Shown: positions 1 to 11,435 of the stretch, piece after piece
Layout: every line of letters begins with the position of its first letter
Position numbering within the stretch: the first letter of the stretch is position 1
NCBI GenBank assembly: GCA_036785375.1
Contig: JAWMAR010000026.1
Coordinates: 8,370,001 to 8,434,000 of the forward strand
DNA length: 64,000 bases
DNA from: Leucoraja ocellata
Lineage: Eukaryota
Direction of reading: 5' to 3'
Notes under the pieces: generated by a model
Told to the model about the DNA's origin: nothing
What the model saw: only the letters and a program-made list of their open reading frames with translations
Databases searched by the model: none
Made by a program: the position numbers and the translations under genes

Positions 1-2676
1 GCCAAAGCAATTGTGGTCACACTATTTATTCCACTCGAACTTCATTCCACCTGAAATATTATCGTTTGTCTACTGCAGTTGGAGCCGAGCTCCTTGATAT
101 TATCCTGCAAGTCTTGCGCTGGGGACGTTGTAGGATGGATCTCTGTTCGCGATCGTTCAGACAGTAGCTTTCAATGAGACCTAATACAATCTGTGGAGTT
201 ATGCAGTTATAGACTGCACGGCAACGGGTGAGTCGGTGCACCAGTCTTTGCTGACCAAGGTAGCATTCTGCAGCAGCCCCTTTTTCCTGGATATGGCATA
301 CAATCCTCTAGATTCTTCAGTGAAATTTCTCAGTGAAATTATTATCCTTGAACCCCTTCCTAAATCTCACCCCTCTCACGAAGCCTACATTCTCCAGTTT
401 TAATATCCTCCAATCTGGGATAAGAACATAGTGCGTTCACTTTTTCCAGGATCCCTGTAAGATTTTACAGAGGTGCAAGAGCGGCGCTCCAGTGAGCTCC
501 GGCAGTACTGCTCCCCTGGATATAAGACATTTAATTGCGAAATGCCTGTCCTTTAGTATTGGATAGATTGAGTAGAGGGTCTGTGCTGTTCCAAGTTTGT
601 GGTGGTTGCGGTGCGTTTCCCCCAGCTATCTCGCCCAGTGCACTTTGACCAGCACAGTTCGCCAGCCCTTGTTAGCAGAGGCTCTTTGTGCAGGTGTTAC
701 CCGAAGCCCAAAGGTTTTGTGGAGGTTCTGCATAGGATCGGGCACGCAGCGAGCTAGGGAGAGGGCTGTCAGATCAGATCATCCCAGGTTGCCGAGTGGC
801 CGAAGGGTGGATTTTAATAGGTCGTTATCAAACTTTTCTGTCTGTGCGGCATCGCCAGCTCTATCTCTCTCTCCCAGATCCCCCACCCCAACTGTCGACA
901 AAGTCTGACTGAGAAAATGCTCCCACTCATATTACAGGTTGGCTCCACGTTTGCACACTCACTGGGGCGGGCAGCGCCTCTTTAAAAGAGAGCGAGGATA
1001 GGTCCCGTTTTACATTGATCCCATTTGCTACCATTAGATGCATGTCACTCCATTCCTTCTCAACCCAAGTACCTGTCGAAACGCCTTTCAATTGGTGCCT
1101 GAAAAGATCATTTGAAATAGATTGGTCATGATAGGCTTGTTTTCCCTGGAATTAAGCTGGCCGAGGGAAGAGCTGAAAGAAGTATCCAAGAGTACGAGAG
1201 AAGAGATAATCTGGATTTTTTTATCCATGGGAGGGGTTTCAAATCAGGAGCGCGTGGGGGGATTTTAGGGGTAGATCTTTTAGACTATGTCATATAGTGT
1301 TAGTTACCTTCAATATGGGGAAAAGTTTCCTAAAGGAGGTGGTAGAATTAGATACAATTACTAGGATAAAAAATATTTATGCAGACACGCAAATAGACAA
1401 GAATGAGGTTCTAAAGTGGGCAAATAGAATTAGTGTGGGTGGGCATGGACATGGTGGGCCGAAGGGCCTGTGTTGCAGGATCCTGTGAATCGATGACTCA
1501 ATGACACTTTAAAATTTGACTGTTTTTTACTTTGTTCCATGTTCTCCATGAGTTTACATGTTGACCAGGCCAGGGTTTATTCCCTGGCGGCAGGCAAATA
1601 CGTAATTGATGGACTGAGGATACCTGGTTTCCTGTCCACTTACTGATTACTGGAGTTTTACCAATTTACAGATACCAAATCTTTTGTTATAGAATTCAGT
1701 TTTCAAAATGTTCTCTGAATTATAGCTTGCCCAGTACACTAAAAGTTATGGAGTCATGCGGCTTCCACTACTCTCTTTCTCTGCGTATTTCAGGTACCCG
1801 CTGCAATCTGGGTGCAAAAGGTCCCCGACAGATTCTCTCTAAATCTCTTCTTCTATATCCACAGCCATGTCCTATATTTTTATCTATATGGGAAAAAATT
1901 TCCTGCAGTTTACCCGATCTATATTCCTCAGCATTTTAGGTATCACAATCAAGTCCCTTTCTTAACCTCCTCCATTCCAGGGTGACAGACCCATGCTGTC
2001 CAGTCTGTCCACATTGCTGACTTAGTTCATCCCATGCTTATCCTGGTGAATCTCTTTTGCACCCTCTCCTGTGCTATATCATCCTTTTTCCACCTTGGTG
2101 ACCAGAGCATTATGTACTACTCCAGCTAAGATCCAATCAATGTTTTATAAAGTTGGATTATAACCTCACTGCTCTTGAATTCATTGCCGGACTAACGACT
2201 AATAGTCCATATGCCTTCAAAGCCATGTTATCTACATGCTCTGCTACCTTCAAGAAATTGTACCAGTGCTGGAAAATTGGTGAAATTGCAGTTAATTTTG
2301 CCCCATGGATAATGGGATGATGACCATCTTATCTGTATGTTAGGCAGTCTCTAAAGAATGGCCTGTATCCATGCTGTAAGAGTTGGTGACACATGGAGAA
2401 AACTCAGTCACAGGGAGAATATTAAAACTTCACACTGACAGTATCTGAGGTAACAATTGAACCCCGTGCCTGGCACAGAGACATTAGCTCTAATTGCAGC
2501 TGTACCGTGCAACTCTCTGCACCACATTTAGCTCAAATCCAAATCTTCCCCCAATGTGATCTCAATTGGCACATGTTTGTGGTATCATTGTAATATTGGC
2601 TGGTAAGGATTGAAAAGATGTTGGAACAAAATCAGGCAGGTCAGTGTAGGCATATTAAATCTGGTAAAGCCTTTAC

Positions 2677-2768
2677 CTTCTCTTGTCCCTCATCCAGTCC
2701 CTGAAAGGGAGGTCGGGCAGCTCCATCCAGTCCCCAAGACTGAGGGTGATGACGGAACCCTCTATAGA
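2677..2768 (-). CDS. osgin1: OSGIN-family (OSGIN1-like) coding exon, SIEGSVITLSLGDWMELPDLPFRDWMRDKR(R); the gene continues below position 1
   Basis: Minus-strand acceptor ttgttccattggcag and donor AG|gtaaag; 92 nt, phase 0->2. The peptide matches the recalled OSGIN1/2 segment SIEGS..LS.G.WM.LP.L..KDW...KRR. Family assignment is secure; OSGIN1 versus another paralog is not. Confidence 0.9.
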
Positions 2769-3394
2769 CTGCCAATGGAACAAAATCAACCAAGGGTTAA
2801 TCCTGAATATTATTGTGCTTTTCCAAAGTTAATGAAAGCTACTTAGCTGAGAGGTCATTGATAGGAAGAGAAACGTCAGGGTTGCAGGATGTTATGTCAT
2901 TGGGTAATTCACCATTGGGACTTTGAATGAGAAGACACAAGGAGAAAGGGTAGGTTATGATTTATAGCTCTGTCCCACTGGATCACACAGCCATGGGTCA
3001 AACTAGGAGTGAAGAGGTGCATAATGAAACAGAGGATGGAAGGGTGACACAAAATACTGGAGTAACTCAGCGGGACAGACAGCATCTCTGGATAGAAGGA
3101 ATGGGTGATGTTTCAAGTCGACTCTCCAGAAAAGATAGACACCTTCAGCATTTTATGATGATTTTATGTCTATCTTTGGATTAAACCAGCATCTGCAGTT
3201 CCTTCCTACACAGAGTGGAGGGGTGTTTGATCCAATGGATTATAAATGTGATTAGAACCATTGGATATTTCAACAGTTTTCATATTGTTTATTGCACATG
3301 TTATTAAGGATGTAATACAAAGCCATATATAAACACAAAAATATGCCACCATCCACAGTCAAACACAGCCACTAATGCATAATCAGGAACTTAC

Positions 3395-3586
3395 GTGCCA
3401 AACTCCTCCCAGTGGTCCTTTGCCCAGGGCCAGGTGAGGAATATATTGGTCAGGTTCAAGCCTCCAGCTGAGCACTGAATCCACAGATACACCCAAATCA
3501 GCATCAGGACGAAGAAGAGAATCAAACAGGATGCCAACCGGGCTGTGTGAACGGCCTTCCAATCCCTCAGACAGGAACTGCAGGTC
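3395..3586 (-). CDS. osgin1: OSGIN-family coding exon, DLQFLSEGLEGRSHSPVGILFDSLLRPDADLGVSVDSVLSWRLEPDQYIPHLALGKGPLGGVWH
   Basis: Acceptor cccctgccattcctag, donor CAC|gtaagt; 192 nt, open, phase 0->0. Contains the OSGIN hallmark LSEGLEGRS.SPV..LFD.LL.PD and IPH..LG....GG.WH. The supplied ORF track shows a different frame here. Confidence 0.93.
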
Positions 3587-3969
3587 CTAGGAATGGCAGG
3601 GGAGACAAATAGGTGTAAAAATATCGATGAGCAGGTGTATGATGGAGAGATGCTGAACAAGGAGCCCCCACATGTAGCACTGCAGCCAATTAGCTCCCTA
3701 GCTTAGTGCAAAGCAAGCCTGTTCATTCCAACTCCTCAAATCCCTCTAAGAACCATTTGTGTCATTTTGTACAGAGAAGCTTTAGCTTAGTTTAGTTTAT
3801 TATTATCACATGTACCAAGGCACAGTGAAAAAAATGTTTACCCGCTGTCCTGTCAAAGTAAAAACTATACATGAATACAATACATGGCGCTGTAAGGCAG
3901 CAACTCTACTGCTGAGCCACAGTGCCACCGGAATTGTTCATGGCTGAATGGACAAAGATTAAGTAAATG

Positions 3970-4250
3970 GCAGCACAGCTGTGCAGTGGATAGAGCTGCT
4001 AGCTCTATAGTGTGAGAGACCTGGGTGCATTTCTGACCTCTATTGCTGTCTGTGCTGCATTTGCATGTTCTCCTCAATGTGCACATTGAAAGATAATTGG
4101 TTGCTATAAATTTCTCCTCATGTGTAGGTGACTGGGTGGTGAGATTGCAAGAAGTATACAAATTAAGATTAGTGTAGGATCAGTGTAAATGTGTGGTTGC
4201 TGGTCGGAATGGACCAGGTGGAGTGAAGAGCCTGGGCCCCACGCTGTGTC
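3970..4250 (+). mobile_element. tRNA-derived SINE (HE1-like), degenerate, in an OSGIN intron
   Basis: Degenerate tRNA-like head and body similar to the better-preserved copies at 15.1, 31.4 and 41.9 kb. Confidence 0.6.
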
Positions 4251-4409
4251 TCTCACTGATTCTTATGACTTCTACTGCGCTAGAAATGTCCATGATTCTA
4301 TAAATATGTAGTCCAAAAGCTAAGTAGTAAGTAGCAAAGTAGTTCAAAAGGGAGCGAAAGAGCAAAAGCCAGAAACTATTTGCTGTTAAGCTCAGTCACT
4401 CTTGATTAC

Positions 4410-4546
4410 CTGATTTACAATGGATTTTCCCCGATTTGCTTCCAATTTCCGTTGAAGAATAGGATTTGGATGGACTGAAGATTCCTTGAAGTAAGGTCTA
4501 TATCCTGACAGGAAGAATGACAGACAAATGGCTGAAGGACCATTCC
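4410..4546 (-). CDS. osgin1: OSGIN-family coding exon, (G)NGPSAICLSFFLSGYRPYFKESSVHPNPILQRKLEANRGKSIVNQ
   Basis: Acceptor tatttcaaacag, donor CAG|gtaatc; 137 nt, phase 1->0. Splicing to the 8.6 kb exon rebuilds the Rossmann-like motif VVIIGNGPSA typical of OSGIN. Confidence 0.93.
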
Positions 4547-4784
4547 CTGTTTGAAATAAATAAAAACAAATGTTAAGGGGTGTGAAGTCACGATACACTT
4601 TGTGTCGCTAATGGAGTCTGCTCCAGGTGATAGGGATGAGTTGGCCTCTCTAGTTAATTCAGCTGCTTGAGGTGGCTGCAATTAAAGAAACATGGAAACT
4701 CACACTGAACACTGCTCAGAAGCAAAGGGCATGATAGTGCTGGATTGGCAGGAAGATGGATCCAACTCTTACTTGAGGCATCAT

Positions 4785-5470
4785 CCAGTCCAGACAGCAC
4801 CTTACCCTCCTACCATCAGTCAGTGAGACCGCAGTGAGTGATGTTCACAGGATGCACATCAGCAACTCGTCTTTCCCCGATCCTCCGTCCCATTCCAGGC
4901 TCACTCTTCCCTCTGCAACTACTCCCTCTTCACTACACATCCACTCTCTTCCATCCCTCCATTCTTTTCTTGGAGGAACAGCACCTTATATTTCACTCGG
5001 GCAGCTTACAACGCAGTGGTATGAACGTTAATCTCTCTAATTTCAAGTAACCTGCATTTTTTCCACCCCCTCTCCCCCTTCCCCCACCCTAATCATCCTA
5101 GGTACACCAAAATGCTGGAGAAACTCAGCGTGCAGCAGCATCTATGGAGCAAAGGAAATAGGCAACGTTTCGGGCCGAAACCCTTCTTCAGATCATCCTA
5201 CTTGTTCCACTGTTTGCATGCCTGTATCCCTGTCGTTAGCACATCTTCCCCAGCCAACAATGGGCCATTGTGGCCTTCCCCTTCCTGAGGTCATCTGTTG
5301 CCGGCCCTGTTTTGTTCTGGGCTTTGCAATCTTTCGGTCTGAAGAAGGGATCAGACCCAAAATGTCACCTATTCCTTTTCTCCAGAGATGCTGCCTGATC
5401 GACTGAGTTACTCCAGCATTTTGTTTCTATCTTCAGTATAAACCAGTATCTGCAGTTCCTTCCTACATAT
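4785..5470 (+). mobile_element. Penelope-like element 3' remnant with a nested inverted terminal-repeat copy (5101-5191)
   Basis: Decayed C-terminal ORF remnant (EEQHLIFHSGSLQ..GMN) followed by the family terminal repeat. The inner copy is flanked by the 9-bp direct repeat ATCATCCTA (5092-5100, 5192-5200). Confidence 0.7.
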
Positions 5471-5899
5471 TAAGGAATTCCTTGCCTAGATGATAGTGGA
5501 TGAAAATAGTAAGCAGTTTTTGGCAATCACGGAGGGGCGTGGTGGTGTGGTGCGGGAATGGGAAAGAGGGAAATATGGATGAAATTCCAACCATTCTCTA
5601 CCAATCACTGGTGGAGGGAGCTGGTTGAGAACAGACAGGAGCAGCTCTCCCAGATGCAACTTGCATCTTGTGATACTGCCTGTGTTTCCCCAGAGTAAGC
5701 GGAGTTGCTGGCAACAGATTACGGCTGGTGAGAGTGAAAGGCTGCTTCAGAAAAATGTTTAATCACAGTGTGAAACAGCATGGAAATAGACCAGGTTGCC
5801 TCTGATATCTTATATCACCAACATCAGCTATCACAGATCATGCACACCAATCCTTTTGAGGTACAATGGGAACCGCATCACTCTGTCGAGACATACACC

Positions 5900-6660
5900 C
5901 ATGCAGATACAAAGTCTCCAGTTTCAAGCCCTGCCTGCATTGTACGAAGGGAAAAGGAGGCAGGAGTTGGGCATGTACAGTAAATGGAGGGGCACAATGA
6001 ATGCTGAAGAACAGGGAGATCGAGTCCAAGTTTACATTTCTTTTAAAGTGGCAACATAGGTGTATAGGCCGGTGAAGGAGCCATGTAGCATGTTTGCCTT
6101 CAGAAGTCGGGAAATAGAATACACGCATTGGGATGTTATATTGCAAGACTTTAGTTAGGCTACACTTACAATATTGTCTGCAGTTCTCATTGCCACTAGA
6201 GGGAGGATGGGGTTGTGCTGGAGAGAAGGCAAGGGAGATTCACTTAGATTCATTTAGGATGTCATCCTATGGGGAGAAGTTAAACAGGCTGGGATTGTTT
6301 TCCCTGGAGCTAAGGAGACTGAGGGGTGACCCGATAGAGGTTTGTAACATTATGGGAGACATTGATAGAACAGGTCGTCACAATCCTTTTTCCCCTTGGT
6401 GGGGATATCAAAAACAATGGGCGATAGGTTCAATGTGAGAGGAAGGAGTTTTAAAAGAGGTATGTGGGATGCTTTTACCACTTAGAGTGGCAATATCTGG
6501 ATGTTACTGCCAGGGGAGGTAGTGGAATCTAATATAATCACTGTGTTAAAGGCATTTAGACAGACATGTAAATGGGCATGGAATTTTAATCCAGGCAAAT
6601 GGGCAAAACCCCTGGCATGGACATGGTGGGGCAAAGGGCCCGTTTCTGTGCTGTATGACT
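5900..6660 (+). mobile_element. CR1 LINE 3' fragment, degenerate
   Basis: ORF track 6133-6438 (LVRLHLQYCLQF...LGLFSLELRRLRGD) is the CR1 ORF2 C-terminus. Confidence 0.8.
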
Positions 6661-7512
6661 GAGCTTATCTCAGCTCTAATGGTCCACTCCCCAGCGACCA
6701 CAGAAGTTTCACGCCAGTACCCTGTTTGTCCACCACTACACTATTCCAGCAGCTGTGCATTGCTTAGTGCAGACTACTGGGTGAAATTAATGAACAGAGA
6801 ACAGCCTCGTCCCCAAACCATCCCACCTGCCTTGAATTAATTGGCCCCCACCTCCAGTACGAGTAGGGCAACCAGTAAATGATCATGACTTCAGAATTAT
6901 CGGTATGGCAATGTTTTCAGAGACACGTTCCCTTTAGGGGATGTGTCTTGTTATTGTCAACCGTCTCAGGTGGAGAAACAAGAGACACCAGATGCTGGAC
7001 AAGAAAAAACAAACTGCTGGGGAAACACAGTAGGGCAGACAGCTTCCACAACGGGAATACATGTCTCGGGTCAAAACACTTAATGCAGGAGCAGGTGTTA
7101 GATTGCCAGTTGGTGTTTGCACACAGTGGCCAGTGGTGTTTTAATATAGGGAGAGGCAATTAGTTCCTTCATCAGAGATCCTGATTGGTGAGCTCATTGT
7201 CAGCATGGAACAAGTTTGTAAAAAGTTTGCAATATTCACTTTAAATTAAACTGAGTAGAATTGTGCAAGTAAACCATGCAGTTTATTTCAACAATTAAGA
7301 TCTGGATAGTCTACTTGAAGAAACTTTAACTGGAGGACTGCAGTAAAGCGCTGTGCCTATGTTGGAAATGATTGGACAAGAGCAGGAGTGGAGTGAAGGT
7401 CGGAATGGTCAGGGTCTAACTTGACAGTTATATCGAGACCTCTTGTCATCAATTGCCTCTGAATAGCATATGTGCCTCTGTTACTTGGATCTTAACAAAT
7501 TGCAGGATCAAA

Positions 7513-7790
7513 GGGCAGCACAGTGGGGAAGCAGCAGGTACTGCAACCTCACAGCTCAGTGTCTCGGGTTTGATTACAGCCTTCGGCCCTCACAGTGTGG
7601 TGTTGCATGCTCTCCCTGCGAGCCAGGTTTCCCCCAAGTGCTCTAGTTTCGCACATCCCAATGATTTGCAGGTTGGGAGGTAAATTGGCTGCTGCAAATA
7701 CCGCACAAAAGAACAGGCTACAGAAAATGTGGGTGACTAGGACCGACTGGGTTGATCTGGGAGTGGACATAGACTCAATGGCTCCATGAC
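7513..7790 (+). mobile_element. tRNA-derived SINE (HE1-like), degenerate
   Basis: Head gggcagcacagtgg... with B-box-like gggtttgatt; body shared with other copies. Confidence 0.6.
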
Positions 7791-8585
7791 CTCCGGTGTC
7801 TATAAGCTGCAGCAAGCAAGAATTTCATTGTCCTGTTCCTGGTGCATTTGACAATTATACTCTCTCGACTCTTGAAGTCATTTGAAAATGTGCGCTAAAT
7901 GATCAGGCAGGAACATTTTAAATAAAACACTCACCAGTAAAGTGAATTTAAAATAAATCATGGTCAGTTATCCTGCATTAGCCAGCAAAACATGCAGCAC
8001 AACACATTTCACTGCATGTCCAAATCAGGGAGGAAGTTTCAGGTGTGGGAGAGTGGAACTTGCTGGCATATTCTTACATCAGAACAGTATAGATTTGATG
8101 GGCTGAGTGGCATCTTTCTGTGCTGAAACCTTTCTGTGATTCTATAGTCCCTTTAAAATACTTGGTGGAGCTCAGCCAATGAGTTTCCACCTAGTAAAAC
8201 CACACAGATACCTCCTGGGATTGCATTAATATAAACTGCAGGTCATTAATCCAGGTGTACACATAAGATTATACAATCATTTGCACACTTGCAAACAATA
8301 GATTAGGCCTAAGGAATTGAAACTGCACTACAATATTCAAACAGAGATGGAAGGAGGAGATAATGTGCTTGGAGATACAAAATTATTACAATATTTAATT
8401 TAACATTGAAAGAGAGGGTTGAGGGCGCCAGGCGATTTTACATCCTGAGCCTTTACAGTGAGCAGATCTCACAAAGAAGTGTTGCCAGGATTCCTTCCTC
8501 CAGCACAACGATGTTACTTGGACAATAGTTGGAGTGACTTGGTAGAAGGGGGTGATGGGGATGATGGTTAGTAGAGCTCGCTTAC

Positions 8586-8673
8586 CGATTATAACGACAG
8601 GGATGGGAGTAAGTTCTTTCATGGTCTGGTCCATTGTCCACACACTGCTTCCAATGTTTCCAGAGTTCTCAAT
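8586..8673 (-). CDS. osgin1: OSGIN-family exon, IENSGNIGSSVWT-MDQTMKELTPIPVVII(G); likely start ATG at 8634
   Basis: Acceptor ccttctgttttggcag, donor G|gtaagc; 88 nt ending in phase 1, matching the next exon. ATG 8634-8632 is in a strong Kozak context (ACAATGG). The other two frames contain stops. Confidence 0.85.
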
Positions 8674-9609
8674 CTGCCAAAACAGAAGGTTAGGAGTTAA
8701 TATCAGCAACAGGATTAACCCTAGAGGCCGTCTTTCCCATCTAGATTAAATGTTTTGAGAAGTTAGTTATGGAATGCATAACTGCCATAACAGGCTGATG
8801 CTGTCTCCCTGGCCCTACACTCATCCCTGGAACATCTGGAGAAGAGAAACACCTATGTGAGATTTTTTTTCTGCTTTTAATACCATTATCCCATCCAAGG
8901 TCATCACCAAACTCATCAAAATTGAAGTCAGCACTCATCTCTGCCACTGGATCCTGGACTTCCAATCCAACAAACCACAATCAGTGATGATAGGGGACAA
9001 ACTACAATAATCTTCACCACTGGTGCTCCACAAGGATGCATTCTTAGCCCACTCTTTACTCCTTACACGACTGTGCAGCCAAATATAAATCCAATTCCAT
9101 TTACAAATTCCTGGATGACACCAACGTGGTGGGACGGATATCAAATAATGACGAGACAGAGAATAGAAAGGAGATTGAAAACTTTGAGACCTGGTGTTAA
9201 GGCACAATTTTTCTATCATTGAGAGCAAGATAAAGGAGAAAGAACTGCAGATGCTGGAAAATTGAAGATAGACAAAAATCCTGGAGAAACTCAGCGGGTG
9301 AGGCAGCATCTGTGGAGCGAAGGAAATAGGCGACGTTTCAGGTCTGAAGGGTCTCGACCCAAAACGTTGCCTATTTCCTTCACTCCATAGATGCCGCCTC
9401 ACTCGCTGAGTTTCACCAGCATTTTTGTCTACCCAAGATCAAGAAGATAATGATCAACTTCAGGAAGCGAAGTGGTACACATACCCCAGTATACACTGAC
9501 GGCACAGAAGTAGAGATGGTTGAAAGCTTTAAGTTCCTAGAAGTAAATATCATCAGTAACTGCCCTGCACCAGTCATATCAAAGCAATGGCCAATAACAT
9601 TGCTTTGAA

Positions 9610-10103
9610 AGACATTCTTGCCATAGAGTACAGAGAAGGTTCACCAGACAGATTCCTGGGATGTCAGGACTTTCATATGAAGAAAGACTGGATAGACTCA
9701 GTTTGTACTCGCTAGAATTTAGAAGATTGAGGGGGGATCTTATAGAAACTTACAAAATTCTTAAGGGGTTGGACAGGCTAGAAGCAGGAAGATTGTTCCC
9801 GATGTTGGGGAAGCCAGAACAAGGGGTCACAGTTTAAGGATAAGGGGGAAATCTTTTAGGACCGAGATGAGGAGAACATTTTTCACACAGAGAGTGGTGA
9901 ATCTCTGGAATTCTCTGCCACAGAAGGTAGTTCATTGGCTAGAGGGAGTTAGATGTGGCCCTTGTGGCTAAAGGGATCAGGGGGTATAGAGAGAAGGCAG
10001 GTACAGGATACTGAGTTGGATGATCAGCCATGATCATATTGAATGGCGGTGCAGGCTCGAAGGGCTGAATGGCCTATTCCTGCACCTATTTTCTATGTTT
10101 CTA
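9610..10103 (+). mobile_element. Young CR1 LINE 3' fragment
   Basis: Near-identical to 51955-52460; ends in the tttctatg tail. Confidence 0.9.
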
Positions 10104-10608
10104 AAGCACACTAACACCTCTACTTCCTTAGAAAGCTTAAGAAGTTCGGCATGTCCCCAATAACTCTCACCAACCTCTGCATATTGCATTGGAAAGCATT
10201 TTCTCGGGATGCATCACAGCGGAACACCTCCATCCAAGACCGCAAGAAATTGAAGAGAATTGTGGATGCAGCCCAGACCATCACACAAACCAACCTCCCT
10301 TCCAATGACTCCATCTATACTTCATGCGGCCTCTGCAAGGCCACCAGGATAATCAAGGACGAGACTCACAGCAATCACCCCTTCCTCTCCCCTCTCCCAT
10401 CAGGCAAGAGGTATAGAAATGTGAAAACACAAACCTCCAGATTCAGGGACAGATTCTTCCCAGCTGTTATGAGGCAAATGAACCATCCTATCAACAACTA
10501 GAGTGGCTCTGAGCTATCATCTACCTCATTGAAGACCCTCGGACTATCTTTGATCAGACCTTACTGGCTTTACCTTGTACTAAAGTTTATTTCCTTTATC
10601 ATGTATCT

Positions 10609-10750
10609 TCTTCTTCTTCTTGAGTACGGCGTGCACAGCCTAAAGTTGTATGACAACTTGTTCTATTTGATCTTATTTGATTGTGCACGCCGGGTTGATT
10701 GCATTCATTGAAACAGGGCGTACCACGTGAAGGTTACAATCTTCCACCCC
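10609..10750 (-). mobile_element. Short (GAA)n-tailed retroposon with 12-bp target-site duplication
   Basis: TSD TATCATGTATCT at 10597-10608 and 10751-10762. Related copies at ~18045-18090 and ~20743-20848. Confidence 0.75.
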
Positions 10751-11208
10751 TATCATGTATCTGTAGACTATGGACAGCTCGATTGTAATCATTTATAATC
10801 TTTCCGCTGACTGGTTATCAAGCAGAAAAAAGCATTTCACTGTACATGAGTACACGTGACAATAAACCACTAATTTAAACTAAACTATTCATGGACTAGC
10901 ATTACATGAAAACAGGCCATTTGGCCTACAAAATCCACACCTATGAATGAGCACTCCTCCATGTTAATTCCATCACCTGGCACTGTACTTTAAGGCTAAG
11001 AGATTCATGGGCTCATCTGAACATTTATTAAATGCTGTCAGCGACTCTACCTCCACCACTCTCTAATGCAGCATATTCCAGATATTGAGCACTCTCTGAG
11101 TGAAACAAATATCCATCGGATCCCCACCAAAATTCTTTCCCCCTTCCCCTCAATCCATGTTCCCTAGTTTCATCCGCTTCTGATGCAGGACCTCCCACAG
11201 CACACCCT

Positions 11209-11435
11209 GTGTACAGGAAGGAACTGCAGATGCTGGTTTAAACCAAAGATAGACACAAAAAGCTGGAGTAACTCAGTGGGACAGGCAGCATCTCTGGAGA
11301 GGAGGAATGGGTGATGTTTCAGGTCGAGACGCTTCTTCAGAATCTGAAGAGTCTCAACCCGAAACGTCACCCATTCCTTCTCTGCAGAGATGCTGCCTGT
11401 CCCACAGTTTGTCCAGCTTTTTGTGTCTATCTTCT
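11209..11435. mobile_element. Head-to-head pair of Penelope-derived terminal repeats
   Basis: Two inverted copies centred on cttcttcagaatctgaagag (~11333-11352). Confidence 0.7.

Larger units (their letters stand above)
8755..10870 (+). mobile_element. Rex1/Babar-type LINE 3' half with three nested insertions
   Basis: RT remnant (GAPQGCILSPL) and C-terminus TSRFRDRFFPAVMRQMN (ORF 10151-10501). Interrupted by a Penelope-derived repeat (~9236-9432), a CR1 3' end (~9610-10103) and a (GAA)n-tailed element (10609-10750). Confidence 0.75.

Noticed and set aside
195-300. Minus-strand frame containing RKKGLLQN, resembling the start of the OSGIN last exon
   Set aside because: No matching upstream motif, no suitable acceptor, and an in-frame stop follows; the last exon is probably outside the window.
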